Positions 10,418-19,563 of a DNA stretch of 64,000 nucleotides are shown piece by piece (positions within the stretch are counted from its first letter, which is position 1; each line of letters starts with the position of its first letter). The notes under the pieces are model-generated. The model made no database searches. It saw only the letters and a program-made list of their open reading frames with translations, and was not told the origin of the DNA. The position numbers and the translations under genes were made by a program. Source of the DNA: Bacteroidetes bacterium UBA6183 (lineage in GTDB: Bacteria > Bacteroidota > Bacteroidia > UKL13-3); the NCBI GenBank assembly GCA_002422865.1, contig DITN01000036.1, positions 8,246-72,245 on the forward strand, given 5' to 3'.

Positions 10418-12271
10418 ATGAAAAAAGTTATTTTAAGTACCCTTGCGTTGTTTAGTTTGTCAGCAGCCAATGCACAAGAACTTACCTATAAAACCATGAA
10501 TCACAATTCTGCTCCGGCTGTTGTGGTTAATATGAGTGATGATGTGGCAGACTATGACCCAAAATTGGTGTTGATTAAGAGTGCTGCTCCAATTCCTGTA
10601 TCATCTACCAAGTACCAGAAATTATTATTGGATGAACAGCGTAAATCATTTACACCAGTTGCAAATAGAAATCATTACAAAGCCGCTGCACCTGCACCAA
10701 CTATGTTAAAAGGTTTTATCGGTAATGGAACAAACGGCACACCTAATGATAATGATGTGTGTATAGGCAATAGTGGCCACATTATTAGTGTGGTAAATAC
10801 CAACTTCGTAATGTACAATGATACCGGGCGCTTTTTATTGAGTAAATCGTTATCAAACTTTGGCAAAGCATTAGGTACATTAAACAGAACATACGATCCG
10901 CGTGCTATTTACGACCCCATTGCCGACCGTTTTATTGTTGTATTTTTACAAGGTACAACATCTGCCGATACGCGCATTATTACCGGATTTAGTCAAACCA
11001 ACGACCCTACCAAAGAGTGGAATTTTTATGCCATTCCGGGTAATACTTTTGGCGATAGCTCTTGGAGTGATTATCCCATTATTTCACTTTCAAACAACGA
11101 ACTTTTTATTACCGTTAATCGTTTGCGCGACAACTCATCATGGCAAGAAGGTTTTATTGAATCGTTGATATGGCAGGGGAATAAAAACGATGGTTATAAT
11201 GGTGACAGCTTACGTAAAAAAATATACTACGATATCAAATACAATGATAAATCAATCTGGAGTATTTGCCCGGTAAAAGGCAGCAACGAGTTTTACGGAC
11301 CTAGCCATTATTTTGTTTCTGTTCGTCCGAGTGCATTACAAAACGACACTGTATTTTTACACGAAATCACCGATAACTTAAATGGCAATCCAACCTTAAC
11401 TTTAAAAGTTTTAAAAACAGATGTGGCTTATGGTTTACAACCAAACGCACCTCAACCAAGCGGACAGTATTTACAAACTAACGATGCTCGTGTGTTAAGC
11501 GCCACTCACCATGGTGGGGTAATTCATTATGTGGGTAATACTATAGACCCTACACTTTTTGCACCATCAGTTTATTATGGTAAAATTGATGTGCAGGATA
11601 AAAACAATCCTACAGTTAAAGGCAGAATAATTAGCTACGACAGCATGGATATAGGGTATCCAAGTATTGCATATGCAGGAGGTGGTTTTGGTGCCGATCA
11701 AAGTATGATGATTACATTTTCGCATGTATCGCGTACAAAGTTTCCCGGTAACAGTGTAATATATGCTGATTGGAATGGTGAATTATCGGCACCTGTACAT
11801 TTACGCAGAGGCGATGGAAGTATTAATGTGTTACAAGATACCATTGAACGTTGGGGCGATTACACCGGTATTCAACCAATTTACAATAAACTTGGTGAGT
11901 GTATCATCACCAACTCATACGGAGTGCCAAATGGAGGACATAATACATGGGTATCACGTGTTAAAAGTAATGATGTAAGATTAGGGGTGAAACAAAACAC
12001 GGCAGAAACCGCTCAACAAATTTCAATTTATCCTGTGCCAACTAAAGATTATGCACAAATAGAATTTGAGTTAAAACAAAGCATGATATTAACCTTTAGT
12101 TTGGTTGATATACAAGGAAAATCAACCATTGAGTTATTAAGAGATAAAGGCAAAGCAGGTATAAATCAATTTACGTTTAGCACCACCGATTTACCTAATG
12201 GGGTATATATTTTAAATGTGAACAACCATGAGAAAAATATCATCAGCAAACGTATTGTGGTTACCCATTAG
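10418..12271 (+). CDS. T9SS-secreted protein (signal peptide, uncharacterised beta-rich body, type A CTD)
   Basis: SpI ending ANA-Q; C-terminal IYPVPT...LPNGVYIL...KRIVV. Confidence 0.85.
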   Translation: MKKVILSTLALFSLSAANAQELTYKTMNHNSAPAVVVNMSDDVADYDPKLVLIKSAAPIPVSSTKYQKLLLDEQRKSFTPVANRNHYKAAAPAPTMLKGFIGNGTNGTPNDNDVCIGNSGHIISVVNTNFVMYNDTGRFLLSKSLSNFGKALGTLNRTYDPRAIYDPIADRFIVVFLQGTTSADTRIITGFSQTNDPTKEWNFYAIPGNTFGDSSWSDYPIISLSNNELFITVNRLRDNSSWQEGFIESLIWQGNKNDGYNGDSLRKKIYYDIKYNDKSIWSICPVKGSNEFYGPSHYFVSVRPSALQNDTVFLHEITDNLNGNPTLTLKVLKTDVAYGLQPNAPQPSGQYLQTNDARVLSATHHGGVIHYVGNTIDPTLFAPSVYYGKIDVQDKNNPTVKGRIISYDSMDIGYPSIAYAGGGFGADQSMMITFSHVSRTKFPGNSVIYADWNGELSAPVHLRRGDGSINVLQDTIERWGDYTGIQPIYNKLGECIITNSYGVPNGGHNTWVSRVKSNDVRLGVKQNTAETAQQISIYPVPTKDYAQIEFELKQSMILTFSLVDIQGKSTIELLRDKGKAGINQFTFSTTDLPNGVYILNVNNHEKNIISKRIVVTH

Positions 12272-12434
12272 CATAGTATTAATTGCAGGCTTAGCTTGTA
12301 AATCGAGCACTAATAAAGGCAAGCATGAGCAGCAAATACAACAAGAAATGCCTAAACCTATTACTGGCAATGAAACAGATTCTTTAAAGAGGATACAACA
12401 ATTAAAACGCGATAGTATACAGAGGAACCGATAA
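12228..12434 (+). CDS. Putative small lipoprotein
   Basis: Hydrophobic stretch ending AGLAC then charged tail; overlaps the upstream gene by 44 nt, start uncertain. Confidence 0.4.
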   Translation: MRKISSANVLWLPISIVLIAGLACKSSTNKGKHEQQIQQEMPKPITGNETDSLKRIQQLKRDSIQRNR

Positions 12435-12453
12435 GATAAGGTTCCTTTGTTTT

Positions 12454-13734
12454 TTACATCATCATACCGGCAATGGTAGCTGATAGATAAGAAGCCAATG
12501 TACCACACATTAAAGCACGGAAACCTAACTTGGCTAAATCACTTCTTCTGCTTGGAGCTAACTCGCCAATACCGCCAACCTGAATGGCGATAGAACTAAA
12601 ATTAGCAAAACCACACAAAGCAAAACTTGCTATTACTACCGATTTAGGATTTAATGTTCCACCACCAATCATGGGTGTAAGTTGAGAGTAAGCAACAAAT
12701 TCGTTAATTACCATTTTGGTTCCCATTAAAGAACCCACTACCTGAGTGTCTTGAGCTGGTACACCCATTACCCAAGCAAAAACAGAAAACACAGCACCAA
12801 AAATTTTATTCAAACTCAATACCTCACTACCAACAATCATAGCCTCTCCTGGGGCTTTAAACAAGTTAGGAATCTCAACAATTTTGGCTAAGATCACATC
12901 GCCCAAAGCAATAAGCGCAATAAACCCAATAAGCATGGCCATTACATTTAGCGATACTTTTAAACCATCGCTTGCACCATGTGAAATAGCATCCAATAAA
13001 TTAGCATGAGATTTTTTCACCTCTAGTTTAACTGAACCTTTTGTTGGAGATTCTTCTGTTTCGGGCCATACAATTTTAGAGATGACCAATGCTGCAGGAG
13101 CGGCCATAATACTTGCGGCCAAAAGGTATGGAGCAGGCACTCCCATGGAGATGTAAACAGCCATTACACCACCCGCAATACAAGCCATACTACCACTCAT
13201 ACTGGCCAAAAGCTCACTCATGGTCATCGTAGCTAAGTATGGTTTAATCATAATTTGTGCTTCTACCTGTCCAACAAATGCACTCGAAATATTACTTAAA
13301 GCCTCACTTCCACTTACGCGCATTAAAGCATGAACAATTCTTGCAAAAAACGAAACAATAATTTGCATCAAACCAATGTGGTAAGCTATGTTAACAAGCA
13401 CTGCCACAAAAATAATGGCAGGCATAATTTTAAAAATAAACACATAGCTGTATGCATCCCCTAATAAAGGTTTTAACAAATCAGGACGAACCAAACCACC
13501 AAAAACAAACTCGCCACCTTTGTCTGCCATTTCTAATAACTTTTTGATGTAGTTACCCAATGAGGCGAACATGTTTTGGCCTATGCTGGTTTTTAGAATA
13601 AATAACGCCAATACCAATTGGATGCCCAAACCACTAAAAACAAGACGATAATTAATTGCTTTACGATTATTTGAAACCAAAAAGGCTAATCCCAATATCA
13701 CTACGATACCTATCAATCCGGTAAATCTTTCCAT
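12454..13734 (-). CDS. nupC: NupC-family concentrative nucleoside transporter (CNT)
   Basis: FVGQVEA, KMVINEFVAY, FALCGFANFSSIAIQVGG. Confidence 0.92.
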   Translation of the reverse strand: MERFTGLIGIVVILGLAFLVSNNRKAINYRLVFSGLGIQLVLALFILKTSIGQNMFASLGNYIKKLLEMADKGGEFVFGGLVRPDLLKPLLGDAYSYVFIFKIMPAIIFVAVLVNIAYHIGLMQIIVSFFARIVHALMRVSGSEALSNISSAFVGQVEAQIMIKPYLATMTMSELLASMSGSMACIAGGVMAVYISMGVPAPYLLAASIMAAPAALVISKIVWPETEESPTKGSVKLEVKKSHANLLDAISHGASDGLKVSLNVMAMLIGFIALIALGDVILAKIVEIPNLFKAPGEAMIVGSEVLSLNKIFGAVFSVFAWVMGVPAQDTQVVGSLMGTKMVINEFVAYSQLTPMIGGGTLNPKSVVIASFALCGFANFSSIAIQVGGIGELAPSRRSDLAKLGFRALMCGTLASYLSATIAGMMM

Positions 13735-13747
13735 TTATTTTCGGGGG

Positions 13748-14332
13748 TTATTTTCGTTTGTTTAGCTCATCTCGCAATATTGCGGCACGCTGATAATCTT
13801 CTACTTGAAGCGCTTCCATCAATTTTTGCTCCAAATCCTCTTTGCTCATTTTAGCTATTTCGCTGCTTCCACTTGTTTGTGCCTGTGCATCATCTGGCTC
13901 CATCATGTCATCCTCGGTCATGTCCTCTGTAAAAATCATTGCAGCTTCAGCCATGATTTGCTCATGCGTATAAATTGGACATTTAAAACGAACGGCCAAT
14001 GCAATCGAATCGCTTGTTCGGGCATCTATCTCACGGATATCACCATCCACTTCACAAATCAATTTAGCATGAAATACGCCATCCACTAAATTATAGATTT
14101 CTACTTCAGTAATCTGAACACCAAAAGTACGCGCGAAACTCATGAATAAATCATGAGTCATAGGCCTAAATGGGACTATTTTTTCTATTTCTATGGCAAT
14201 TGCTTGGGCCTCGAAACTGCCTATAATAATAGGCAACTTACGCCTACCATGTTCCTCTCCCAATATCAATGTATAGGACCCATTGCTTTGTCCTGAACTT
14301 AAACCTACAATATTCAATCTTACTTTACTCAT
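13748..14332 (-). CDS. Bifunctional nuclease family (DUF151) with C-terminal UVR domain
   Basis: LPIIIGSFEAQAIA, RPMTHDL, IDARTSDSIALA; C-terminal EDYQRAAILRDEL. Confidence 0.9.
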   Translation of the reverse strand: MSKVRLNIVGLSSGQSNGSYTLILGEEHGRRKLPIIIGSFEAQAIAIEIEKIVPFRPMTHDLFMSFARTFGVQITEVEIYNLVDGVFHAKLICEVDGDIREIDARTSDSIALAVRFKCPIYTHEQIMAEAAMIFTEDMTEDDMMEPDDAQAQTSGSSEIAKMSKEDLEQKLMEALQVEDYQRAAILRDELNKRK

Positions 14333-14625
14333 GTATCCTTAAAATGAGTTGTTTATTAACTAAGATTTCAAACCTAATGCAAAATCCCTACTTTTCAAAT
14401 ATTTTAGAGGGATATTACACACATCATTTGTACACTTTATACTCCTTAATTGATTAACTGTTTCCGGCAACATTGTTTATTCTGATAACCATATAAGATT
14501 GTTGTTACTTGTAACTACAAATATTTGCTTCAACATTTATGATGGTTTTCACTTTTTTTTATAAAACTATTTGCATTTAACATTTCTTTAGATAAATTGT
14601 GCCTACAAACTATAAAGACATCAAT

Positions 14626-15525
14626 ATGAAAATGAACTATTTAAAATTAGGTTTCGCAATAGCACTTACATCAATAATTGTAACTGGTTGCGATGATGCC
14701 AAGACAGAAGAGGCTAAACCAAACAACACCACAACCGAAGAACCGTTTATGGCTTCTACCGCAGCAACTATGCGTGTAGCGGTTTTAGAAGATTTCACTG
14801 GTGTTAGATGTGGCTTTTGCCCTGATGGACATGTAAGAGCAACTGCTGCACAACAAGAACTAGGGGCAGACAAGTTTATCATTATGGCTGTACATGGTGG
14901 ATCATACGCAACACCTGCAACAGGTTGGGCTAATTTCACTACTGCATTTGGTAGTGCTCTAATTGCACAATCTTCAGTAGCCGGATATCCTGCAGGTACA
15001 ATCAATCGTATAAAAGCGGCCGATTTAGGTGTTGCACCTCAAATTTCAGGCGGTATTGCAATGAGCCGTGGTTCATGGGCAACCGCAGCACAAGCTGTAA
15101 ATGCAATGCCTTCTCCGGTAAACTTAGGTGCAAAAGCGGAATTTAACTCAGCAACCAGGGAACTAACTGTTAAGGTTGATGCTTATTATACTGCGGAAGA
15201 AAGCGCACAAAACAACATTAACGTTGCCTTTATGCAAAGCAAATTAATGTCTAAGCAATCAGGTGCAACTACTAATCCTTATGAGCAAAACCATGTTCTA
15301 CGCCATTTAATTACCGGACAATGGGGTGAAGTAATTACTGACGCTAAAGCTGTTGGCACAAAGGTTCGTAAAACTTATACTTATGCAGTACCTGCTGATT
15401 ACAACGGAACAAACACCGAAGGTGGAGGAGCTGTTGTTATTGAAAATTGTAAAATTGTAGTTTTCATCTCAAGAGATAAAACAGATATTTTAACAGCAGT
15501 TGAAATTCCTATTACTGTAAAATAA
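14626..15525 (+). CDS. Omp28-related lipoprotein with thioredoxin-like CxxC
   Basis: Lipobox VTGC; LEDFTGVRCGFCPDG; 'YEQNHVLRHLITGQWG'; ATG 14626 preferred over GTG 14599. Confidence 0.85.
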   Translation: MKMNYLKLGFAIALTSIIVTGCDDAKTEEAKPNNTTTEEPFMASTAATMRVAVLEDFTGVRCGFCPDGHVRATAAQQELGADKFIIMAVHGGSYATPATGWANFTTAFGSALIAQSSVAGYPAGTINRIKAADLGVAPQISGGIAMSRGSWATAAQAVNAMPSPVNLGAKAEFNSATRELTVKVDAYYTAEESAQNNINVAFMQSKLMSKQSGATTNPYEQNHVLRHLITGQWGEVITDAKAVGTKVRKTYTYAVPADYNGTNTEGGGAVVIENCKIVVFISRDKTDILTAVEIPITVK

Positions 15526-15547
15526 TATCATAAAAAATATCAAATTT

Positions 15548-15581
15548 AAAAAAGGAGAGGCATATTTGTCTCTCCTTTTTT
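15548..15581. terminator. Intrinsic terminator after the Omp28 lipoprotein
   Basis: A-run + GGAGAGGC/GTCTCTCC stem + T-run. Confidence 0.85.
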
Positions 15582-15591
15582 ATTGTAAAAC

Positions 15592-16674
15592 ATGGCCGAA
15601 CCGTTAAAAAATCTTTTTAGCAAAGAACTCATAAACTCGCTTGCTAAACTTATTAAACAACATTATAAAAAATTTAATACCAATACTTTTATTGATGATG
15701 TGTTTGATGATACCTGGAATGAAAAGGAATTAAAACAACGTATGCGACACATCACGATTTGTATGCATAAGCACATTTCGTTACCCTACCCCAAACAAGT
15801 TGAAATTTTAAGTGCTGCTGCTCCTCAATTTAAAGGATTTATTGCCATGTTTTTCCCTGACTTTATTGAAGTATACGGACTAAATGATTTAACCACTTCC
15901 ATAAAAGCACTTGAACTGTTTACCCAGTATAGCAGCAGTGAGTTTGCTGTTAGGCCTTTTATTATCAAATATCCAAAACAAATGGTAAAACAGCACCTGA
16001 AGTGGGCGCAACATAAAAATCACCATGTACGTAGATTGGCCAGTGAGGGCATAAGGCCTCGACTTCCATGGGCAATGGCATTACCCGAATTTAAAAAAGA
16101 CCCCACTCCTATTTTACCTATATTGGAGTTATTGAAAAACGATGAGAGTGAATATGTAAGAAAAAGTGTTGCGAATTGTTTAAACGATATTTCGAAAGAT
16201 CATCCTGATGTTGTTTTACAAATTGTGAATATTTGGAAAGGTAATAACAAAGAAACAGACTGGGTTGTAAAACACGCTAGCAGAGGACTACTTAAACAGG
16301 GTAATGTGCTTGCTCTAAAATCATTCGGATTGAACGACCAGGTAAATGCCAAAGTAGCTAAATTAGAAATATTCAAAAACAAACTAAAAATTGGTGATGA
16401 ATTTAACTTTGAAACCACCATTGAGTTATTGGACAAAACAGCACATAATATTCGGGTGGAATACAATATTTATTTCGTGAAATCAAATGGGAAACACTCC
16501 CCTAAAATATTTCAAATTGGTACTTATAAGGTAAAACCCAAGCAATTTTTAGCCTTAAAACGAAAACACAAATTTTCCGATTTAACTACCCGTAAACATT
16601 ACCCAGGAGAGCACATCTTGGCTGTTGTGGTTAATGGTAAAGAGTTGGCACGACAAACTTTTATGCTTGAATAA
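15592..16674 (+). CDS. alkC: HEAT-like repeat DNA glycosylase AlkC, long form with C-terminal Ig-like domain
   Basis: SSEFAVRPF and RRLASEGIRPRLPW match the AlkC catalytic Glu/Glu/Trp motifs; ~110-aa beta-rich tail. Confidence 0.78.
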   Translation: MAEPLKNLFSKELINSLAKLIKQHYKKFNTNTFIDDVFDDTWNEKELKQRMRHITICMHKHISLPYPKQVEILSAAAPQFKGFIAMFFPDFIEVYGLNDLTTSIKALELFTQYSSSEFAVRPFIIKYPKQMVKQHLKWAQHKNHHVRRLASEGIRPRLPWAMALPEFKKDPTPILPILELLKNDESEYVRKSVANCLNDISKDHPDVVLQIVNIWKGNNKETDWVVKHASRGLLKQGNVLALKSFGLNDQVNAKVAKLEIFKNKLKIGDEFNFETTIELLDKTAHNIRVEYNIYFVKSNGKHSPKIFQIGTYKVKPKQFLALKRKHKFSDLTTRKHYPGEHILAVVVNGKELARQTFMLE

Positions 16675-17085
16675 AAACTCAGTGAACTCACTCTCTATTT
16701 TTTAAACGCAGAGGGCTGTGAAAAATCTTGCAAAGATTTGAGCAGAGTCGATTTCAAATTTTGAGGTACACAACGCAATACCTTCGGCATTGTGGAGGGT
16801 TTAACTTAAAAGATAAATTAATTTTTAAGTGTCAGCCACTTCGAGTTCGGAGTGTAACGGAGAGTATCAAGAAGGGATTGCTGAAGTAATTTTTTATCAT
16901 CTAGTCCTACTCTCGATACGAGCACTCACGCAATATCAACCCAAGGCTCATGCTGACGCAATAGTCATCACTTAGCTCGAGCAGGCTGTAACTTTGCGAA
17001 GCAAACTCCTTTACCTTTAGAACGGAATACTCTAAACCTTATCAACTCATCGAAAACGCTGTGGTAAAATTAAACGAAAAAATAA
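16675..17085. repeat. Composite REP/MITE-like palindromic region between convergent alkC and murF-alr
   Basis: Hairpins AAATCTT-GCA-AAGATTT (16723-16739), CGCAATACC-TTC-GGCATTGTG and CTTAAAA..TTTTAAG; long imperfect inverted repeat CACTTCGAG..GTATCAAGAAG / CTCTCGATAC..CTCGAG (~16837-16981). Confidence 0.55.
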
Positions 17086-19563
17086 CTACTCGTAAAAGTA
17101 CACCCTTTTTACACGTTGCGATACACCTGTTAATACTTCGTATGGAATGGTACCAATTTTTGATGCCACTTCGTTAATGTCAACTTCCTTACCTAATACA
17201 ATTACTTCATCCCCTTCTTTACAGTTAATTCCGGTTACGTCAATCATGGTCATGTCCATACAAATGCTACCCACTATTGGTGCTTTTTGTCCATTAACCA
17301 TCATGTATCCTTTTCCATTGCCCAGCTTACGGTTCAACCCATCAGCATAACCAATGGCAACAACTGCAATTTGCGAATCGCGCTGCACGGTTCCTTTTCG
17401 GCTATAACCAACTGTTTCGTGCGATTTAACTTCACGTATTTGTGAAATAACGGTTTTAAGTGTACCTACAACTTGTAATTGCTTCTGCAGTTTTTCAGCC
17501 GGATCAATTCCATATAAACCAATTCCCAAACGTACCATTTCAAATTGTGCATCCGGGAAACGGGCTATTCCTCCGCTATTTAAAATATGTCTTAAAATGG
17601 GATAGTTAAATGCAGCCTTCAATTTATCGCTAATGCGTTCAAACTTTTGTATTTGTTCGTGGGTAAATAAGTCGTGTTTTTTTTCATCACTCGCGGCCAA
17701 ATGCGAAAATACAGACTTGATACGTAAATTTGGATTTTGTTGGATTTCGTTAATCAGTTCATCCACCTCACCCTCGGCAAAACCCAAACGTTTCATACCG
17801 GTATCAACCTCAATGTGAATGCTCATCTCTTGTCCGTTGCAAGCCTTAATCAATTGCTCCAACATAAAAAAATTATACACTTCAGGTTCTAAGTTATGTT
17901 GTATGATGCTATCAAATGCAACAGGCTCGGGATTCATTACCATAATAGGTGTTTTGATACCCGCCTTACGCAGTGTTACACCTTCATCAGCATAGGCCAC
18001 GGTGAGATAATCAACCCGATTGTACTCCATTATTTTTGCAATCTCATAGCTGCCCGCACCATAACTAAAGGCCTTTACCATCCCCATCATCTTCACCCCT
18101 TTTTTAAGTTTATTTCGATACACATTTAAGTTATGTACCATGGCATTGAGGTTAATTTCAAAAACAGTTTCATGAACCTTCTTCTCAAGCAATGAGGTGA
18201 TGCGTTCGAAAGTAAATTTACGTGCACCTTTAACCAATATAATTTGGTGACTAAAATCTAAACTTCTGAACTTGTTAATAAATGAAGAGGTATCATCAAA
18301 AAACAAACTACCGGCCGGAAACAATGGTTTATATTTTTGCATACAAGCACCAATACCTATAAAACGATTTACATTACGTTGTTTGATTAGCGATGCAATG
18401 TTAGTATACAATTGGTGCTCTGCTAAGCCACTTTGCAACATATCGCTTAATATAACCGTTTTGGTATAGCCGGCACTTTGTTGTTCCATAAAATCCAGAG
18501 CTATTTGCAGTGCATTGATGTCGGCATTATAACTGTCGTTTATAATTACGCAGTTATTAAATCCTTCCTTTAACTGCATGCGCATTTCAATAGGCTGAAG
18601 TTCTTCAAAACGCTTCAACACATCAGTGCTTATTCTGTTTATGGCCATTAAAAATGCAAAACATGAGCAAGCGTTCATAATACTTGCTTCATCAACAAAA
18701 GGAATATTAACACTTAATGTTTGCGATCCCTTACGGGTAGTAATGACGGTATATTGGTAACGGTGTTCCACCTCAAATTTATAGGTTGCATGTTGCGAAC
18801 CTCTGCTCCAACTTACTACATTTAATGATGGATTATGATTTAACAACAAGCGTGTAACCCCTTGAGTCACCTCCGCCTGATCAGCGCAAAAAACCAACAT
18901 TTGAGAAGCATAAAACAACTTCAACTTCTCGTCTAGTTTTTCCGTTTCACTTTTAAAACCCTCGGCATGTGCAGCTCCTAGATAGGTAAAAATACCAATA
19001 TCGGGTTTAACAATTTGCTGCAAATTCCCCATTTCATCTGTCTTGGATATACCTGCCTCAAATAAACCCAATTGATGTTGCTCGCTCATTCCCCAAACAC
19101 TTAGCGGCACACCAACTTGCGAGTTAAAACTTTTAGGATTACGGATAATTGACACATCGTCTTTTAACAAATGAAATAACCATTCTTTTACAATGGTTTT
19201 TCCATTACTACCTGTAATACCAACAACGGGGCATTTAAACTGAGAACGATGAAAAGCGGCCAGTTCTTGTAAAGCAACCACACTATTGCTAACCTGTACA
19301 ACGCTGCAGTCAGCAGGTAAAAATCCAGCAGAAAATTCCTCAACAATAAAATTTCTTACACCTGCTTGGTAGGCGTCTTTTAAGTAATGATGACCATTGT
19401 TACGCTCACCACTTATGGCAATAAATACAGACGATTCAGGATAAATCACCTTACGTGAATCAATCAATAAATGCGCTATTGCAACAGGGTTTACTTCTTC
19501 GTTAAATTGAATAAAGTTACCCGATACAATTTGTGCGATGTCTTTAATGAAATATTGCATCAT
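17086..19563 (-). CDS. murF-alr: Bifunctional UDP-MurNAc-tripeptide:D-Ala-D-Ala ligase / alanine racemase
   Basis: MurF GITGSNGKT and NDSYNAD; Alr VKAFSYG (PLP Lys) and GSICMDM; start at ATG 19563 by ATGA overlap with the MFS stop. Confidence 0.93.
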   Translation of the reverse strand: MMQYFIKDIAQIVSGNFIQFNEEVNPVAIAHLLIDSRKVIYPESSVFIAISGERNNGHHYLKDAYQAGVRNFIVEEFSAGFLPADCSVVQVSNSVVALQELAAFHRSQFKCPVVGITGSNGKTIVKEWLFHLLKDDVSIIRNPKSFNSQVGVPLSVWGMSEQHQLGLFEAGISKTDEMGNLQQIVKPDIGIFTYLGAAHAEGFKSETEKLDEKLKLFYASQMLVFCADQAEVTQGVTRLLLNHNPSLNVVSWSRGSQHATYKFEVEHRYQYTVITTRKGSQTLSVNIPFVDEASIMNACSCFAFLMAINRISTDVLKRFEELQPIEMRMQLKEGFNNCVIINDSYNADINALQIALDFMEQQSAGYTKTVILSDMLQSGLAEHQLYTNIASLIKQRNVNRFIGIGACMQKYKPLFPAGSLFFDDTSSFINKFRSLDFSHQIILVKGARKFTFERITSLLEKKVHETVFEINLNAMVHNLNVYRNKLKKGVKMMGMVKAFSYGAGSYEIAKIMEYNRVDYLTVAYADEGVTLRKAGIKTPIMVMNPEPVAFDSIIQHNLEPEVYNFFMLEQLIKACNGQEMSIHIEVDTGMKRLGFAEGEVDELINEIQQNPNLRIKSVFSHLAASDEKKHDLFTHEQIQKFERISDKLKAAFNYPILRHILNSGGIARFPDAQFEMVRLGIGLYGIDPAEKLQKQLQVVGTLKTVISQIREVKSHETVGYSRKGTVQRDSQIAVVAIGYADGLNRKLGNGKGYMMVNGQKAPIVGSICMDMTMIDVTGINCKEGDEVIVLGKEVDINEVASKIGTIPYEVLTGVSQRVKRVYFYE

